Positions 1-10,341 are shown, counted from the first letter of the stretch. The stretch: 64,000 bases of DNA from Candidatus Hydrogenedentota bacterium (GCA_963674865.2 CAXXYE010000009.1:1120001-1184000); one strand, 5' to 3'. A program made the numbers and translations. The notes: generated by a model from the sequence alone, not told the origin.

Positions 1-112
1 GGCCGCAAAGCGCGCAAGCGTCCGGCACGGGCAGACCTCTCGACAGAAGGCTGGTGAGGGTGCCGCCATCTTGGGTGATAATCGGGAAACAGTTGTCAAA
101 CAAGCTTTTATC

Positions 113-141
113 TTGACAAGAGTTTTTTCGTCCACTAGAAT
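113..141 (+). promoter_or_regulatory. sigma70-type promoter of the pil/secretin operon
   Basis: TTGACA (113-118), 17-bp spacer, TAGAAT (136-141), about 150 bp upstream of the ATG at 290. Confidence 0.75.
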
Positions 142-289
142 TAACTCCAACGGTTTAGGCATTTCGAACCGTTTGCGTGAGTCTTAGAATTCACGTTGTC
201 CGATATTGATGGGCAGGCGTCTTGTGTGTGAGGCGTATTCTCACTACGGCGCTGCTGTGGGGCGATGTCCGAACATAGGTAGGTGAGGG

Positions 290-2341
290 ATGGCGAGACT
301 CCGGCGAGGTCGCACGCGGCGTTTGGTCCTGGATGTCGGCTCTAGTGCCGTACGGCTCTGTGAGCTGACTCAGACCAAGTCCGGATACCAACTGAACAAA
401 TACTACCAGCGTGAATTCAATATCGACCCGGCTATGGATGAGGAGGCCAAGCAGGCGACTCGGGTTGAAACGCTGAAGACGTTGCTTCGGGAAGCCAAAG
501 TCCGTAGCAAGAAGGTCGTCTTTGCCGTGCCCGGACAGTCGGTTTTCACCCGCAACCGGCCCTTACCTCCCGTACCTGAGCACAAAGTCACACAGATTGT
601 CCGGTATGAGATTCAGCAGCAGATCCCCTTCGGCCTCGATCAGATTGCTCTCGACTATCAGGTTCTTGATCGAACGGAAGTTGGGGGCTATGACGTGCTT
701 ATGGCGGCCATCAAGGTCGATGTGGTGGAGAAGCACCTTGGCCTCATCCGTGAGATGCGCCGCACCATTGATATCGTCGACGTCAGCCCGTTTGCAGCTT
801 ACAACTGGCTCAAACACACGGGCGAGTTCGGGGAGCAAGGGGAGTGTGTGGCCCTTCTTGATCTTGGCGCCACCACGACGGATATTGTCATTGAGCGTGA
901 GAATCAATTCCGGTTCACGCGTCCGCTGAATATCGGGGGCAACGACATCACTGCGGCTATCGGGAGCGCTTTTGGTATGAGCTTTCCCGAAGCGGAGAAA
1001 CTCAAGCGTGAGCGTGCTTTCGCGCCCACAGGCGACGCGAAGCGGGACAGCAAAGGGGCCGAGGTTGTCGGGCAGGTGCTTAACCGCCTTGTTACGGAGA
1101 TTGCCCGGTCATTTGCGTATTTTCGTTCGCAGCCGGGGGGCGGCGCGGTTTCACGCGTTGTTGTGACGGGTGGCGGCTCCTGTCTGCGAAACATCGTGCC
1201 CTTCCTTCAGCGCCAGTTGGGGATCGAGGTCCGTATTGCGCAGCCCTTGGCAGGGCTCGCGATCGCCCCGGCCGCCCAGGACGTTAACGAGCATCCCGAG
1301 CAGGCCGGCGTTGCTCTTGGCTTGGCACTCCGGTGCGCTCAGACGGTGCCGGTGGAGATAAACCTGATCCCGCCGCGCGTGCTCGGCGCGGTTCGCCGGC
1401 GCGAGCAAGTCTTCTACTGGGTCTTGTCCATGGTCACACTCGCGCTGATCATGGCCTCGATCATCCCAATGAACCATAGCCGGCACAAGGTTATCCAGCA
1501 ACAGATCACGCAGCTCAACCGAGTGATGCAGAGCTACAATTCCACGCTCAGTTCCTCCTCGCTTGAGGGTGACTGGGAGCGTGCGCTTGATGATGAAAAG
1601 CGCAGGATTTCCATCTATGAGAGCCATGTCAAGGACTTCGATACGGCGCGAAAGGGCCGCGAATTCTGGCTTGATTATCTGAAGGTCATTAACGATCAGC
1701 GGCCCGAGGGCGCGGGCGTCTGGCTGAGTTCCCTTCAGACGGCCATCGTTCGGCCTCGAGGACAGGGCGGGCGAGTCAGTCGGCTGCGCCGCCCGGCCGG
1801 TGATTCGCGTTCGGTCGATGTTATGGGTTTTCCAGGGGTCGCCCCTCCGGGCGGCCAGCGGCAGAACGTTCCCGGTCGAGTCATTGATGTGTCAGGTGGC
1901 AATGCGGGGGCCGTAGTCATTAAGCCCAACGGATTTTCGCTTATAGGATACGCTGATGACCCGGACACGGTAAGGCTCTTCGTTGAGCGTCTTAAGGCGA
2001 GTGATGCCTTTCCCAAAGGCGTTTATCTCGATGATGCGTACGTGAAGAAGGTGCCGCGTTCGGTTCTGGACAACGCCTCTGTTTCCGCCGCCGCCGTTGG
2101 CTCGTCCCGTCCCTCGCGAGGGGGGGGCGACATAGACGAAGAGGAGGATATGGAAGGGGGCGGCGGCCGGTCGAGCGGTGGGAGGTCGCCTTTCCGAGGG
2201 CGCGGGGGCGGTCTTTCGGCCTACGGGCCGCAGGTCACCGCGTTTCGCGTCGACCTCCAATTCGCAGCGCCTCCGGCGATGCCTGAGAGGGCTGCCGGCG
2301 CAAGTATGTTCGAAGACGAAGAGGAAGAGGAGGACTTTTGA
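290..2341 (+). CDS. pilM: Type IV pilus assembly protein PilM fused to a PilN-like TM + periplasmic domain
   Basis: Actin-like motifs LDVGSSAVR, EIQQQIPF, LDLGATTT, IGGNDIT, VTGGGS. Then the PilN signature INLIPP, a TM helix, a coiled coil, a GVWLSSL motif and an acidic tail. Confidence 0.85.
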   Translation: MARLRRGRTRRLVLDVGSSAVRLCELTQTKSGYQLNKYYQREFNIDPAMDEEAKQATRVETLKTLLREAKVRSKKVVFAVPGQSVFTRNRPLPPVPEHKVTQIVRYEIQQQIPFGLDQIALDYQVLDRTEVGGYDVLMAAIKVDVVEKHLGLIREMRRTIDIVDVSPFAAYNWLKHTGEFGEQGECVALLDLGATTTDIVIERENQFRFTRPLNIGGNDITAAIGSAFGMSFPEAEKLKRERAFAPTGDAKRDSKGAEVVGQVLNRLVTEIARSFAYFRSQPGGGAVSRVVVTGGGSCLRNIVPFLQRQLGIEVRIAQPLAGLAIAPAAQDVNEHPEQAGVALGLALRCAQTVPVEINLIPPRVLGAVRRREQVFYWVLSMVTLALIMASIIPMNHSRHKVIQQQITQLNRVMQSYNSTLSSSSLEGDWERALDDEKRRISIYESHVKDFDTARKGREFWLDYLKVINDQRPEGAGVWLSSLQTAIVRPRGQGGRVSRLRRPAGDSRSVDVMGFPGVAPPGGQRQNVPGRVIDVSGGNAGAVVIKPNGFSLIGYADDPDTVRLFVERLKASDAFPKGVYLDDAYVKKVPRSVLDNASVSAAAVGSSRPSRGGGDIDEEEDMEGGGGRSSGGRSPFRGRGGGLSAYGPQVTAFRVDLQFAAPPAMPERAAGASMFEDEEEEEDF

Positions 2342-3321
2342 CCAAAGAGCACATCATAGCGGTCCTCGCCTTTCTTATTGTCCTTGCCGGTTTTGGCGCG
2401 GTATGGGAATTCTACTTCCGCGGGCAAGTTGAGGCCTTCAACGATGATCTGGACCATCTGGATGATCTGGATGCTCAACTCACGAAGCTCGAGGAGACGT
2501 TTTCGGGCGTGAAGCCGCAGGTTGTTGTTCAGGCTTGGCGCGGTGAAGTCGAGCCGTGGGCGGAGGCCCAACGAGTACGTCAGTCTTTCTTCACTATGGG
2601 CGAGGCTTTTGAGTACAAGCCCGTTCCTGAGGGTGAGTTCCCGAAATTCCACTACGAGAAGCAATTCAATGAGATGTTCACCGCGCTTCAGCGCGAAGCC
2701 TACTCGATGACGCCGCCGCGGCGCATTCCGAACACAACCTTCGGTACGCCGCTGCCTCAGGAAGCCATGCAGCGCAATCTGGCCAAGGCAGACGTTGAGG
2801 CAAACCTTAAGCGCATCAGCTTTGGATGCTCGATCGTCCGGATGATGCTTGACGCCGATGTCTACACGCTCGATGATGTCCAGATCTGGCCGACGCGCGT
2901 GGCGCATGGCGAGCTTCTTGATATGCTGACGGTCGGCCTTCGCTTCACTACTACCGCTCAGAACCTTGTGCGTTTTCTCGATTCTCTCAGGACTTCGGAC
3001 AGGTATTTCTCCGTAGATGGGATCAGTGTTCAGAACCGGCGGTTAACGTCCCCTTGGGACCCTTTGTTGGACGTCCAGCTTCTCTTGACGCAGGCGCGTA
3101 TTCATGTTGTGCGCGTCAAGAATGAGGACGGCGAGGAGGTCGACGTCCCTTCAGAGCTTTCGGAAGATGTCCTTGCCCCGCCGCCGCCGCGCAGTGCCAC
3201 TGGAATAACCGACGAGTTTTTCGAGGGCCAGACGACTCCAGATTTCCGCAGGAAGTGGAAGCGGCCGTCGACGTCTGTGCGGGTCATTCGGTGGATTCGA
3301 CTCAAATTGTGGCCATTCTAA
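2338..3321 (+). CDS. PilO/GspM-like inner-membrane assembly protein
   Basis: TTG start overlaps the pilM stop. N-terminal TM, coiled coil, and a C-terminal 'LVRFLDSLRTSDRYFSVDGISV' segment typical of PilO. Operon position fits. Confidence 0.6.
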   Translation: MTKEHIIAVLAFLIVLAGFGAVWEFYFRGQVEAFNDDLDHLDDLDAQLTKLEETFSGVKPQVVVQAWRGEVEPWAEAQRVRQSFFTMGEAFEYKPVPEGEFPKFHYEKQFNEMFTALQREAYSMTPPRRIPNTTFGTPLPQEAMQRNLAKADVEANLKRISFGCSIVRMMLDADVYTLDDVQIWPTRVAHGELLDMLTVGLRFTTTAQNLVRFLDSLRTSDRYFSVDGISVQNRRLTSPWDPLLDVQLLLTQARIHVVRVKNEDGEEVDVPSELSEDVLAPPPPRSATGITDEFFEGQTTPDFRRKWKRPSTSVRVIRWIRLKLWPF

Positions 3322-3371
3322 GGCTTGAAAGCGATGAGCAGCAGCAAATACAGGCTGGATAGAGCACATTC

Positions 3372-3899
3372 GTGAACAAGATCCGAAAGCTTGCGAGATG
3401 GGCGTGGGCCAACAAGGAGCGTATGGTTCTTGTGATCATGGTGGGCATTCTTTGCTACCGGGTCTACCAGATCCTGGATCCACCGCCGCCGCCGCCGCCG
3501 CCGAATCACAGTTTTCCAAGCGATGTGGTTCCGGAGGACCGGAGTCTCTGGGACGCGCCGCCTGAATGTCCCGCACCACCAGCGGGGCCGCAACTTGTGG
3601 ACTACACCTCCCTGTATCGACGCAATCCCTTTTGGGTTTACGCAGCCGACAGCCGGGCGCGGAAAGATGATGAGGCAGGCGACGCCACCGACGACATAGG
3701 TATCAGTCTGCTGCGTATACGGAAGATGCCGGACGGTACTTCCCGCGCCGAGATTCAGACAAAGGGTCGTAACCGCGGGTGGTATCGCGAAGGTGAGGAA
3801 TTCGAGAGTTTTCAACTTCTCAGTATTGACGCCACGGCACAAACCTGCGAGGTCTACGCTGAAGAACTGGGCAAACGGATCATACTCCAAGCGCCTTAG
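3372..3899 (+). CDS. PilP/GspC-like protein
   Basis: TM, poly-Pro linker, RRNPF motif and a small beta domain (YREGEEFESFQLLSID). Lies between the PilO-like gene and the secretin. Confidence 0.55.
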   Translation: MNKIRKLARWAWANKERMVLVIMVGILCYRVYQILDPPPPPPPPNHSFPSDVVPEDRSLWDAPPECPAPPAGPQLVDYTSLYRRNPFWVYAADSRARKDDEAGDATDDIGISLLRIRKMPDGTSRAEIQTKGRNRGWYREGEEFESFQLLSIDATAQTCEVYAEELGKRIILQAP

Positions 3900-3968
3900 A
3901 AGACGTGGGTTGCGTCCCGGCGCGAAACCAGGTATAGTGAGCAAGAAGAGCGGGAGGAATACGCCGTA

Positions 3969-6821
3969 ATGAGTACTATGTTGACAGGGCCGACTGCAGC
4001 AAACTACTTTGCCGCTGCGTTACTTCTTGCGCTGATCTCGATAGTTCTGCCTCCTCAAGCAGCGGCGCAAGATACTGCCACGCAATCCGAGCAGCCCACG
4101 GCCAGTGTGTCCGAGAGCCCTGCCGTTGAGGGCGGGACAACCGTGTCCGAGGCGGAAAAGCACTTCCGTCAGGGCGTCGAGTTGTATGACAAGGAACTCT
4201 ACCGGGAAGCGCTGGGCGAGTTTGAGCGCGCTCTGGCCCTCGACCCCTCCCTCGATACGGCTATGGATTATCGTGACAAAGCGCTCAGTAAACTCGAGTT
4301 GAGCGCCGTAGGCCTTGATCCTGGTGCGGTGCCGCAGTTCGAGGTATTCGATCCGGAGGCCGTGTCGCCGGGGGACGAAACCCCTCTTCTCTCGCCTGAG
4401 GAAAAGCGTATCCAACGCGTCAGGGAGCTTCTTGACCTTGGCGATAGGTACCTCGAATACAGACGTTACGAGGCGGCCATGGAATACTATTCCGAGGTGC
4501 TTCTTATCGCTCCCGATAACAAGCATGCGCGTAAGGGCCTCCACGAGGCGACTCTTGGCGCCAGTAAGGCCAATATTGTTGAGGCGGAGGGCAAGGTCGC
4601 GGAAGATCGCTTGCGCATGCGCGAGGCGATCGAACGCTCCAAGCAACTTCCTGAAGGCGCCGACGCGTTTGGTGTTCGCCAGTACCGGATCACAGTTCCC
4701 GGCGTGGAGGAGGAGTATGAGGCGCCTCCGTCCAGGTCACCCGCGATTGAGGAAGCGCTCAATTCACCCGTCGGGATCGAATTTGAAGGCGAGCATATTA
4801 ACAACATCATGGAGTTCCTTGCCGACTACCTCGGCGTCAATATCGTCGTGGACGCCCGCGTCGTTGCCCCACCCGTCCAAGTTGAGCTGGGGCCCGCCTA
4901 CGCCACTGGCGGGACAGGCCCTGGCGGCGGCACCGGACCTGCACCGTATCCCGGCGGGCCCACGCGGCCGAACGCCAATATGGACTGGGAAGAAGAATTG
5001 GAACTTCAGTCGGCCCGTCGGCCACAAGGCCAGCGGCCGGGGCCGAACCTGCTTGGCGAGTACGTGACGGATGGTATCGTTCCGTACATCAATATCAACT
5101 CGGTTCCCCTTAGTCAGGCGCTGGAGGCCCTTCTGCGTCCTCTGAACCTCGCCTATTCCGTTCAGCCTGGTTTCATTTGGATTAGCACTCCCCGACGGAT
5201 CCGCAACGAGCCCTTCGAGGGCCTTGAGACGCGGTACTACGAACTCAAGAATGCCGGTGCCGAGGCGATGCCTATGATGAGTTCCGGTATGGGTATGGGC
5301 ATGGGCATGGGCGGCATGGGCATGGGCGGCATGGGCGGCATGGGCATGGGCGGCATGGGCGGCATGGGCATGGGCGGCATGGGCATGAGTGGTATGAGCG
5401 GCATGGGCATGAGTGGCCGCAGCGGCATGGGCATGAGTGGCCGCAGCGGCATGGGGGGTATGGGCGGCTACGGTGGCGGCATGGGGGGTATGGGTGGCTA
5501 CGGTGGCGGCATGGGGGGCATGAGCGGCGGCTATGGCAACCGCGGCGGCATGGGCATGAGCGGCGGCTATGGCAACCGCGGCGGCATGGGCAGCAGCTAC
5601 GGCGGCAGGAACACGGGCGGCTATGGTGGGCGAAATACCTACGGCAATGTGGGCGGCCTCAGTGCGGATACGCGGCCTCTGGCGCTTATTGAATACTTGG
5701 AGAGGATCGTCGATCCGGTAATCGAACGGGATCCTGAAACCGGCGAAGAGGTGCAGCGCTCCTACATCGATTTCGATGCGAGCACCAACACGCTTATTGT
5801 GCATCATACACCTTCCGCGCACGCGAAGATTGCCAGCCAACTGCTTGAACTCGATGCCGAGCCGCGACAGGTCGTTATTGAGTGCAAGTACCTGACGATA
5901 ACAATGAGCGACCTGAAATCCGTTGGCTTTCAGTGGAATCTAGCGTTGTCCGATCAGAACGCCCGCAGCCGTCGTATTGAAGAGCTGGAAGATGAAACCT
6001 ATGAGTACGATATCAACGGCGACGGGGAGACCGAGGAGATACCTTTCTACAGCAGGCCGGACGGCTCTCCCGTTATTTCGAATACGCTCAGCGAAGGTTC
6101 GGCAGCCTTTGACGCGTTGTCCGGCCTTGCAACGGGGGATTCGCCCCTCACGATCATCGGCAGTATCATCGACAGCGCGGACGGCGATACTCTAGGCGTC
6201 ACGTTTCAGGCGCTCAGTTCGCTTGACCACTCTGAACTTCTTAGCGCGCCGAGGGTAATGGCGCTCAACAATCGCCCGGCTCTGTTTGAGACGGTTACAG
6301 ACACGCACTACATTGCGAATGTGTTTTCGGAGACGGAAACCGGCGACGGAAATCTGACTTCGAGTGGTAACACGGTTACGACGACTAACACTCTCATAGG
6401 TAGCGTTCCTGATGGCCAGTCACTGTCCGTGACGCCGCAGATCACGCGCGATGACAAAGTCCGGCTTTGGATGAATCCCTCAGTGATGAATCTTGAGGGC
6501 TTCACGGAGGTAGACACGTCATCGGTAATTGTTGACGGCGTGGAGGAATCGTCCGCAACCATCCAGTTGCCTAGGTTGAGCAGGCGACAGGTGCTCACAA
6601 GCGCGATCATAAGTAGTGGCGAAACGGTTGTGCTCGGTGGCCACATACAAGACAGCAGTTTTGGCAATGAGGACAAAGTGCCCTATCTTGCTGAGATTCC
6701 CGTGCTTGGCCGCCTGTTCCGCGGTAAGTCACGCCAGGTTAACCAGACTAGCCTCTTGATCTTCGTGACGCCCGAGATCGTCGATTCGACAGGTTCCCGC
6801 GCATTCGGCTCGAGCAATTAG
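3969..6821 (+). CDS. Secretin (GspD/PilQ family) with N-terminal TPRs and a Gly/Met-rich insert
   Basis: Signal peptide, TPR-like helices, N-domain. Secretin motifs QVVIECK, LLSAPRV, LSVTPQI, GETVVLGG, KVPYLAEIPVLGRLFR, LLIFVTPEI. Confidence 0.9.
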   Translation: MSTMLTGPTAANYFAAALLLALISIVLPPQAAAQDTATQSEQPTASVSESPAVEGGTTVSEAEKHFRQGVELYDKELYREALGEFERALALDPSLDTAMDYRDKALSKLELSAVGLDPGAVPQFEVFDPEAVSPGDETPLLSPEEKRIQRVRELLDLGDRYLEYRRYEAAMEYYSEVLLIAPDNKHARKGLHEATLGASKANIVEAEGKVAEDRLRMREAIERSKQLPEGADAFGVRQYRITVPGVEEEYEAPPSRSPAIEEALNSPVGIEFEGEHINNIMEFLADYLGVNIVVDARVVAPPVQVELGPAYATGGTGPGGGTGPAPYPGGPTRPNANMDWEEELELQSARRPQGQRPGPNLLGEYVTDGIVPYININSVPLSQALEALLRPLNLAYSVQPGFIWISTPRRIRNEPFEGLETRYYELKNAGAEAMPMMSSGMGMGMGMGGMGMGGMGGMGMGGMGGMGMGGMGMSGMSGMGMSGRSGMGMSGRSGMGGMGGYGGGMGGMGGYGGGMGGMSGGYGNRGGMGMSGGYGNRGGMGSSYGGRNTGGYGGRNTYGNVGGLSADTRPLALIEYLERIVDPVIERDPETGEEVQRSYIDFDASTNTLIVHHTPSAHAKIASQLLELDAEPRQVVIECKYLTITMSDLKSVGFQWNLALSDQNARSRRIEELEDETYEYDINGDGETEEIPFYSRPDGSPVISNTLSEGSAAFDALSGLATGDSPLTIIGSIIDSADGDTLGVTFQALSSLDHSELLSAPRVMALNNRPALFETVTDTHYIANVFSETETGDGNLTSSGNTVTTTNTLIGSVPDGQSLSVTPQITRDDKVRLWMNPSVMNLEGFTEVDTSSVIVDGVEESSATIQLPRLSRRQVLTSAIISSGETVVLGGHIQDSSFGNEDKVPYLAEIPVLGRLFRGKSRQVNQTSLLIFVTPEIVDSTGSRAFGSSN
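5268..5660 (+). repeat. In-frame GGCATG-based tandem repeats encoding a Gly/Met/Ser/Tyr tract
   Basis: Nested units MGMGGMGG, GMGMSGRS x2, GGMGGMGGYG x2 and MSGGYGNRGG x2 inside the secretin ORF. Confidence 0.9.
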
Positions 6822-6845
6822 CGTCAGTCAGGTATTGTCAACGAC

Positions 6846-6884
6846 ACGGGCGGCAATCCAAGCGGGTTGCCGCCCGTTTCTTTT
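6846..6884 (+). terminator. Intrinsic terminator after the secretin
   Basis: Stem ACGGGCGGCAATCC / GGGTTGCCGCCCGT followed by TTCTTTT. Confidence 0.75.
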
Positions 6885-6899
6885 CATGGCCTGCGACAA

Positions 6900-8156
6900 G
6901 TGATTTACTTCCTATACAACCTCGCTGCCCTCGCCGGCGCGCCCTTGGGCGCCGTATGGCTTGCTCTCAGGCCCGGCCACAAGGCCCTGCTCCAACGGTT
7001 TGCGCCCCGTATTCCCGAGCTTCCCGACGCGCCTGTCTGGGTGCATGTTTGCAGTGTCGGCGAGCTGGGCACGGCCAGGCCTCTCATCGCGGCGATGCGC
7101 GAGCGATGGCCTTCGTTGCCGGTCCTGCTGACGACGTCCACCCTTGCGGGGCGCGCCCTTTGCGAGTGCGCCGGCGAAGAGTTCCACGTCACATGGTGTC
7201 CTTTCGACGTGCTCCCTTGCATTCGGCGATTCTTCCGGCTTGTGCGGCCGCGCCTCCTCGTCTTGATTGAGACGGAGATGTGGCCAAACATGCTCCGCGA
7301 GGCGCGGCGCAATGGCGTTGCCGTTGTCGTTGTGAATGGAAGGCTTAGCGACAAGCACTACCCGCGGTATCGGCGTTGGCGACGGATAGTGCGGCCCACC
7401 TTTGGCGAACTGTCCGCCGTCGGTGCGCAGAACGAGGAATATGGCCAACGTTTTGCGGCTCTGGGCGTCAATCCGGCGCTCATTCAGGTCACGGGGAGCA
7501 TGAAATTCGATAGGACTCCTCCACGGCCTTCCCCCAGCGAGCGCGCCGAGCTTCGGCGGGCGAACGGTTTGGCGCTCGAAGAGCCAGTCCTGATGTTCGG
7601 CAGCACGCGCCCGGGGGATGAGGACCTGGCGATACGGTGCTGGCGGGGACTCCGAGAGGCATTGCCCGAACTCCGGCTCATCATCGGCCCCCGGCATCTC
7701 GATCGCCTACACGAGGTTGCCGCGGCCCTTTCCGGTGAATCCTTTGTTCGACGCTCGGAGATCCGGCAAGGCCGATGTCCCGCGGGCGAACGTGTACTCG
7801 TTCTCGATACCATGGGCGAGCAGGCGAGCTTCTTCGCTTTGGCCGATATCGCCGTCATTGGGGGGAGTTTTTTCCCAGGTGTCAATGGGCATAATCCGCT
7901 CGAATCGGCCGCTCTCGGTGTACCGACGGTGTTTGGGCCGTACATGCGCAATTTCGTTGACGCCGCGCGCGTCTTGGTAGAAGCAGAGGGGGCCTGTCAG
8001 GTAGCTTCCCCGGACGAGCTTCCCGGCCTCTTGCATCGCCTCCTAGCCAATTCAGGCGAGCGAAAGCGTATCGGTGCATCCGGTTGGCGCGCCGTCGCTG
8101 TCAACCGAGGCGCCACCCAGCGCAGTCTGGACCTCCTTGCTCCTTTCCTTTCGTAG
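6900..8156 (+). CDS. waaA: 3-deoxy-D-manno-octulosonic acid (Kdo) transferase
   Basis: WVHVCSVGE, LIETEMWPN, NGRLS, GSTRPG, PRHLDR, DTMGE, GHNPLE motifs. GTG at 6900 is preferred because the 6867 start lies inside the terminator. Confidence 0.92.
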   Translation: MIYFLYNLAALAGAPLGAVWLALRPGHKALLQRFAPRIPELPDAPVWVHVCSVGELGTARPLIAAMRERWPSLPVLLTTSTLAGRALCECAGEEFHVTWCPFDVLPCIRRFFRLVRPRLLVLIETEMWPNMLREARRNGVAVVVVNGRLSDKHYPRYRRWRRIVRPTFGELSAVGAQNEEYGQRFAALGVNPALIQVTGSMKFDRTPPRPSPSERAELRRANGLALEEPVLMFGSTRPGDEDLAIRCWRGLREALPELRLIIGPRHLDRLHEVAAALSGESFVRRSEIRQGRCPAGERVLVLDTMGEQASFFALADIAVIGGSFFPGVNGHNPLESAALGVPTVFGPYMRNFVDAARVLVEAEGACQVASPDELPGLLHRLLANSGERKRIGASGWRAVAVNRGATQRSLDLLAPFLS

Positions 8157-8454
8157 GCGCTTAGGTGACTGCCGGCGTCATCCCCATCGTCCGAGCCGCG
8201 GGTGCGTAGATGCGGCGCGTGCGGCAGGCAGGACGAGTTGAAAAGACCGCCAGTCCGGGATAAGGTGTGGGGGTACTCGCGGCGGCGCGATGCCCATGTG
8301 CCGAAGTGAGGCAAGAATCAATCCAAGGGCGACAAGCGAAAGCCTCAATGATTAAGGAACCGAAGATGGATCGGAGCTTTTCCCGGTGCGCCGGCCTCAT
8401 CCGTCGGTTGCCTGTGGCTGGGAGGACAGTCTTGCGGCCATATTGGGGCGACGT

Positions 8455-9531
8455 ATGGCCCTAGAAGAGGCCGGGATATCGCCAGTGCCCATCGTGGCGT
8501 TGGCGGGGGCTGTCCTGGGAGTGGCCGTTTTCTCGCGCCCCATCCTTGCGGGGGTCGATGCTGTCTTGGGGTGGCTCGACGACTCTTTTGCTCGCCTACG
8601 GACGCGCGCCGCGAAGGACGCCCCGATTGCCCTCCTTCTTCTGAGCCCAGCGCTGCTCATTCTCGGCGCCTTCGGAGTCGCTCCTCTATTCGCGGCTGTC
8701 TATATGAGCCTCTTCAACCTTCAGCATGGCGTCGGGCCGTATGTCGGGCTCGGCAACTATGCCAAAGCCCTCGGCAGTCCCGCCTTCTGGAAGAGTCTTC
8801 TTGTGACAGTCTACTTTGCCTTCGGCACCGTTCCCTTTGCCATGTTCATGAGCTTCATTGTGGCCAGCCTCTTGTTCCGCATCGTTCGTGGCCGAGGGGT
8901 CTTAAGAACCTTCTACTTCTTGCCCTACGTGACGTCAGCCGTCGCCGCTGCCATGGTTTGGCGCTTCATCTTTCATCCCCACGTCGGGCTGGCGAACGAG
9001 ATCTTGAGCTGGGTCGGTATTGAGCCGAAGCAGTGGCTTCTCGAGCCGCGCGGGCTTCTCTTCTTCCTGTCGGGCGGGCGTATTCCCGCGGGCATCGGCC
9101 CCAGTCTTGCCCTTTGCTGCGTGATCATCTTCGAGGTCTGGCATGCCAGCGGATTCATGATCGTCATCTTCCTGGCCGGCCTCGCCGCTATACCGAAGGA
9201 GCTGGACGAGGCCGCGCGCATTGACGGTGCGAACTGGTTTCAAACCACGCGCAATGTCACGCTGCCCATCCTGTCGCCTACGGTCTTCTTCCTGGCAGTG
9301 GTGAGCGTCATCAAGGCTTTCCAGTCGTTCAACGGGTTTTACGCCCTTACCGGCAACGGGCGCGGGCCGCTCGATACGACGCAGAACATGACGGTGTACA
9401 TCTATGCCAATTTCTATGAATACGGCCGCTGGGGCTATGGCGCGGCCGTCGCGACGCTCCTCTGTGTCGGCATCGTCGGGCTGACCTTGCTGCAGTGGCG
9501 CCTCGTCGGGCGGAGGGTCCACTACGAATGA
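8455..9531 (+). CDS. Carbohydrate ABC transporter permease (MalF/UgpA type)
   Basis: YVGLGNY, FLPYVTS and the EAA loop EAARIDGAN. Start uncertain (ORF open from 8386). Confidence 0.88.
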   Translation: MALEEAGISPVPIVALAGAVLGVAVFSRPILAGVDAVLGWLDDSFARLRTRAAKDAPIALLLLSPALLILGAFGVAPLFAAVYMSLFNLQHGVGPYVGLGNYAKALGSPAFWKSLLVTVYFAFGTVPFAMFMSFIVASLLFRIVRGRGVLRTFYFLPYVTSAVAAAMVWRFIFHPHVGLANEILSWVGIEPKQWLLEPRGLLFFLSGGRIPAGIGPSLALCCVIIFEVWHASGFMIVIFLAGLAAIPKELDEAARIDGANWFQTTRNVTLPILSPTVFFLAVVSVIKAFQSFNGFYALTGNGRGPLDTTQNMTVYIYANFYEYGRWGYGAAVATLLCVGIVGLTLLQWRLVGRRVHYE

Positions 9532-10337
9532 AGAGAGTGGCAATAGTCATCTTGCTCGCGGTCGGCGCTTTCGCGACGACCTTCCCCTTTTTCTGGATGG
9601 TCGTCACGTCGTTCAAGAGTCTACTGGAGGCCGGCTCTCCCGAAATCACGCTACTGCCGAAGGAGTGGCGCTGGGAGAACTTCCTTGAAGCTTTCCGGGC
9701 CGCGCCTTTTGCCACGTATTTTGCCAATTCCTTCTTTGTATCGTTCACGGTTACCGCTGGTGTAATCGTCACATCTTTGGCCGCGGGCTATGCGTTCGCG
9801 CGGCTCGAGTTCCCGGGGAGAAAGGTGCTCTTCGCGCTATTTCTCGCTACGATGATGGTGCCCTTCGAGATCACCTTGATACCGAACTTCGCGCTGGTGC
9901 AGAAACTCGGATGGTACAACCAGTACGCCGCCCTTATTGTGCCTTGGTGCGCCAACGCCTTCTCGATTTTCCTGATGCGCCAGGCGTTCCTCGGGCTTCC
10001 CGCCGACTATTTCGACGCGGCCAAGGTGGACGGCTGCGGCCATCTTCGTTTTCTTGCCTGGATCGCCGCCCCGCTCGTGAAGCCCGCCGTCGTCACAGTC
10101 GGCCTTTTCGCCTTTCTGGGAAGCTACAATTCGCTTATCTGGCCTCTTGTTGTCACTGGGGAAGAGAGAATGCGGGTGGTGCAAGTCGGCCTTACGGTGT
10201 TCTCCGGCGCCGAGGGCGTCAGGATCAATCTGCTAATGTGCGCGTCTACGATTGTCATCCTTCCCACAGTGGCGCTATACTTCGCGGCGCAACGCTACTT
10301 CTTGGAGAGCGCCATCGGCGCGGGAATAAAGGGATGA
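9528..10337 (+). CDS. Carbohydrate ABC transporter permease (MalG/UgpE type)
   Basis: PFFWMVVTSFK, AGYAFARLEFPGR, DAAKVDG. ATGA overlap with the upstream permease. Confidence 0.9.
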   Translation: MKRVAIVILLAVGAFATTFPFFWMVVTSFKSLLEAGSPEITLLPKEWRWENFLEAFRAAPFATYFANSFFVSFTVTAGVIVTSLAAGYAFARLEFPGRKVLFALFLATMMVPFEITLIPNFALVQKLGWYNQYAALIVPWCANAFSIFLMRQAFLGLPADYFDAAKVDGCGHLRFLAWIAAPLVKPAVVTVGLFAFLGSYNSLIWPLVVTGEERMRVVQVGLTVFSGAEGVRINLLMCASTIVILPTVALYFAAQRYFLESAIGAGIKG

Positions 10338-10341
10338 AGCA

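Noticed and set aside
5268..5660. Tandem repeats as a CRISPR or non-coding VNTR
   Set aside because: All units are multiples of 3 and in frame within the secretin
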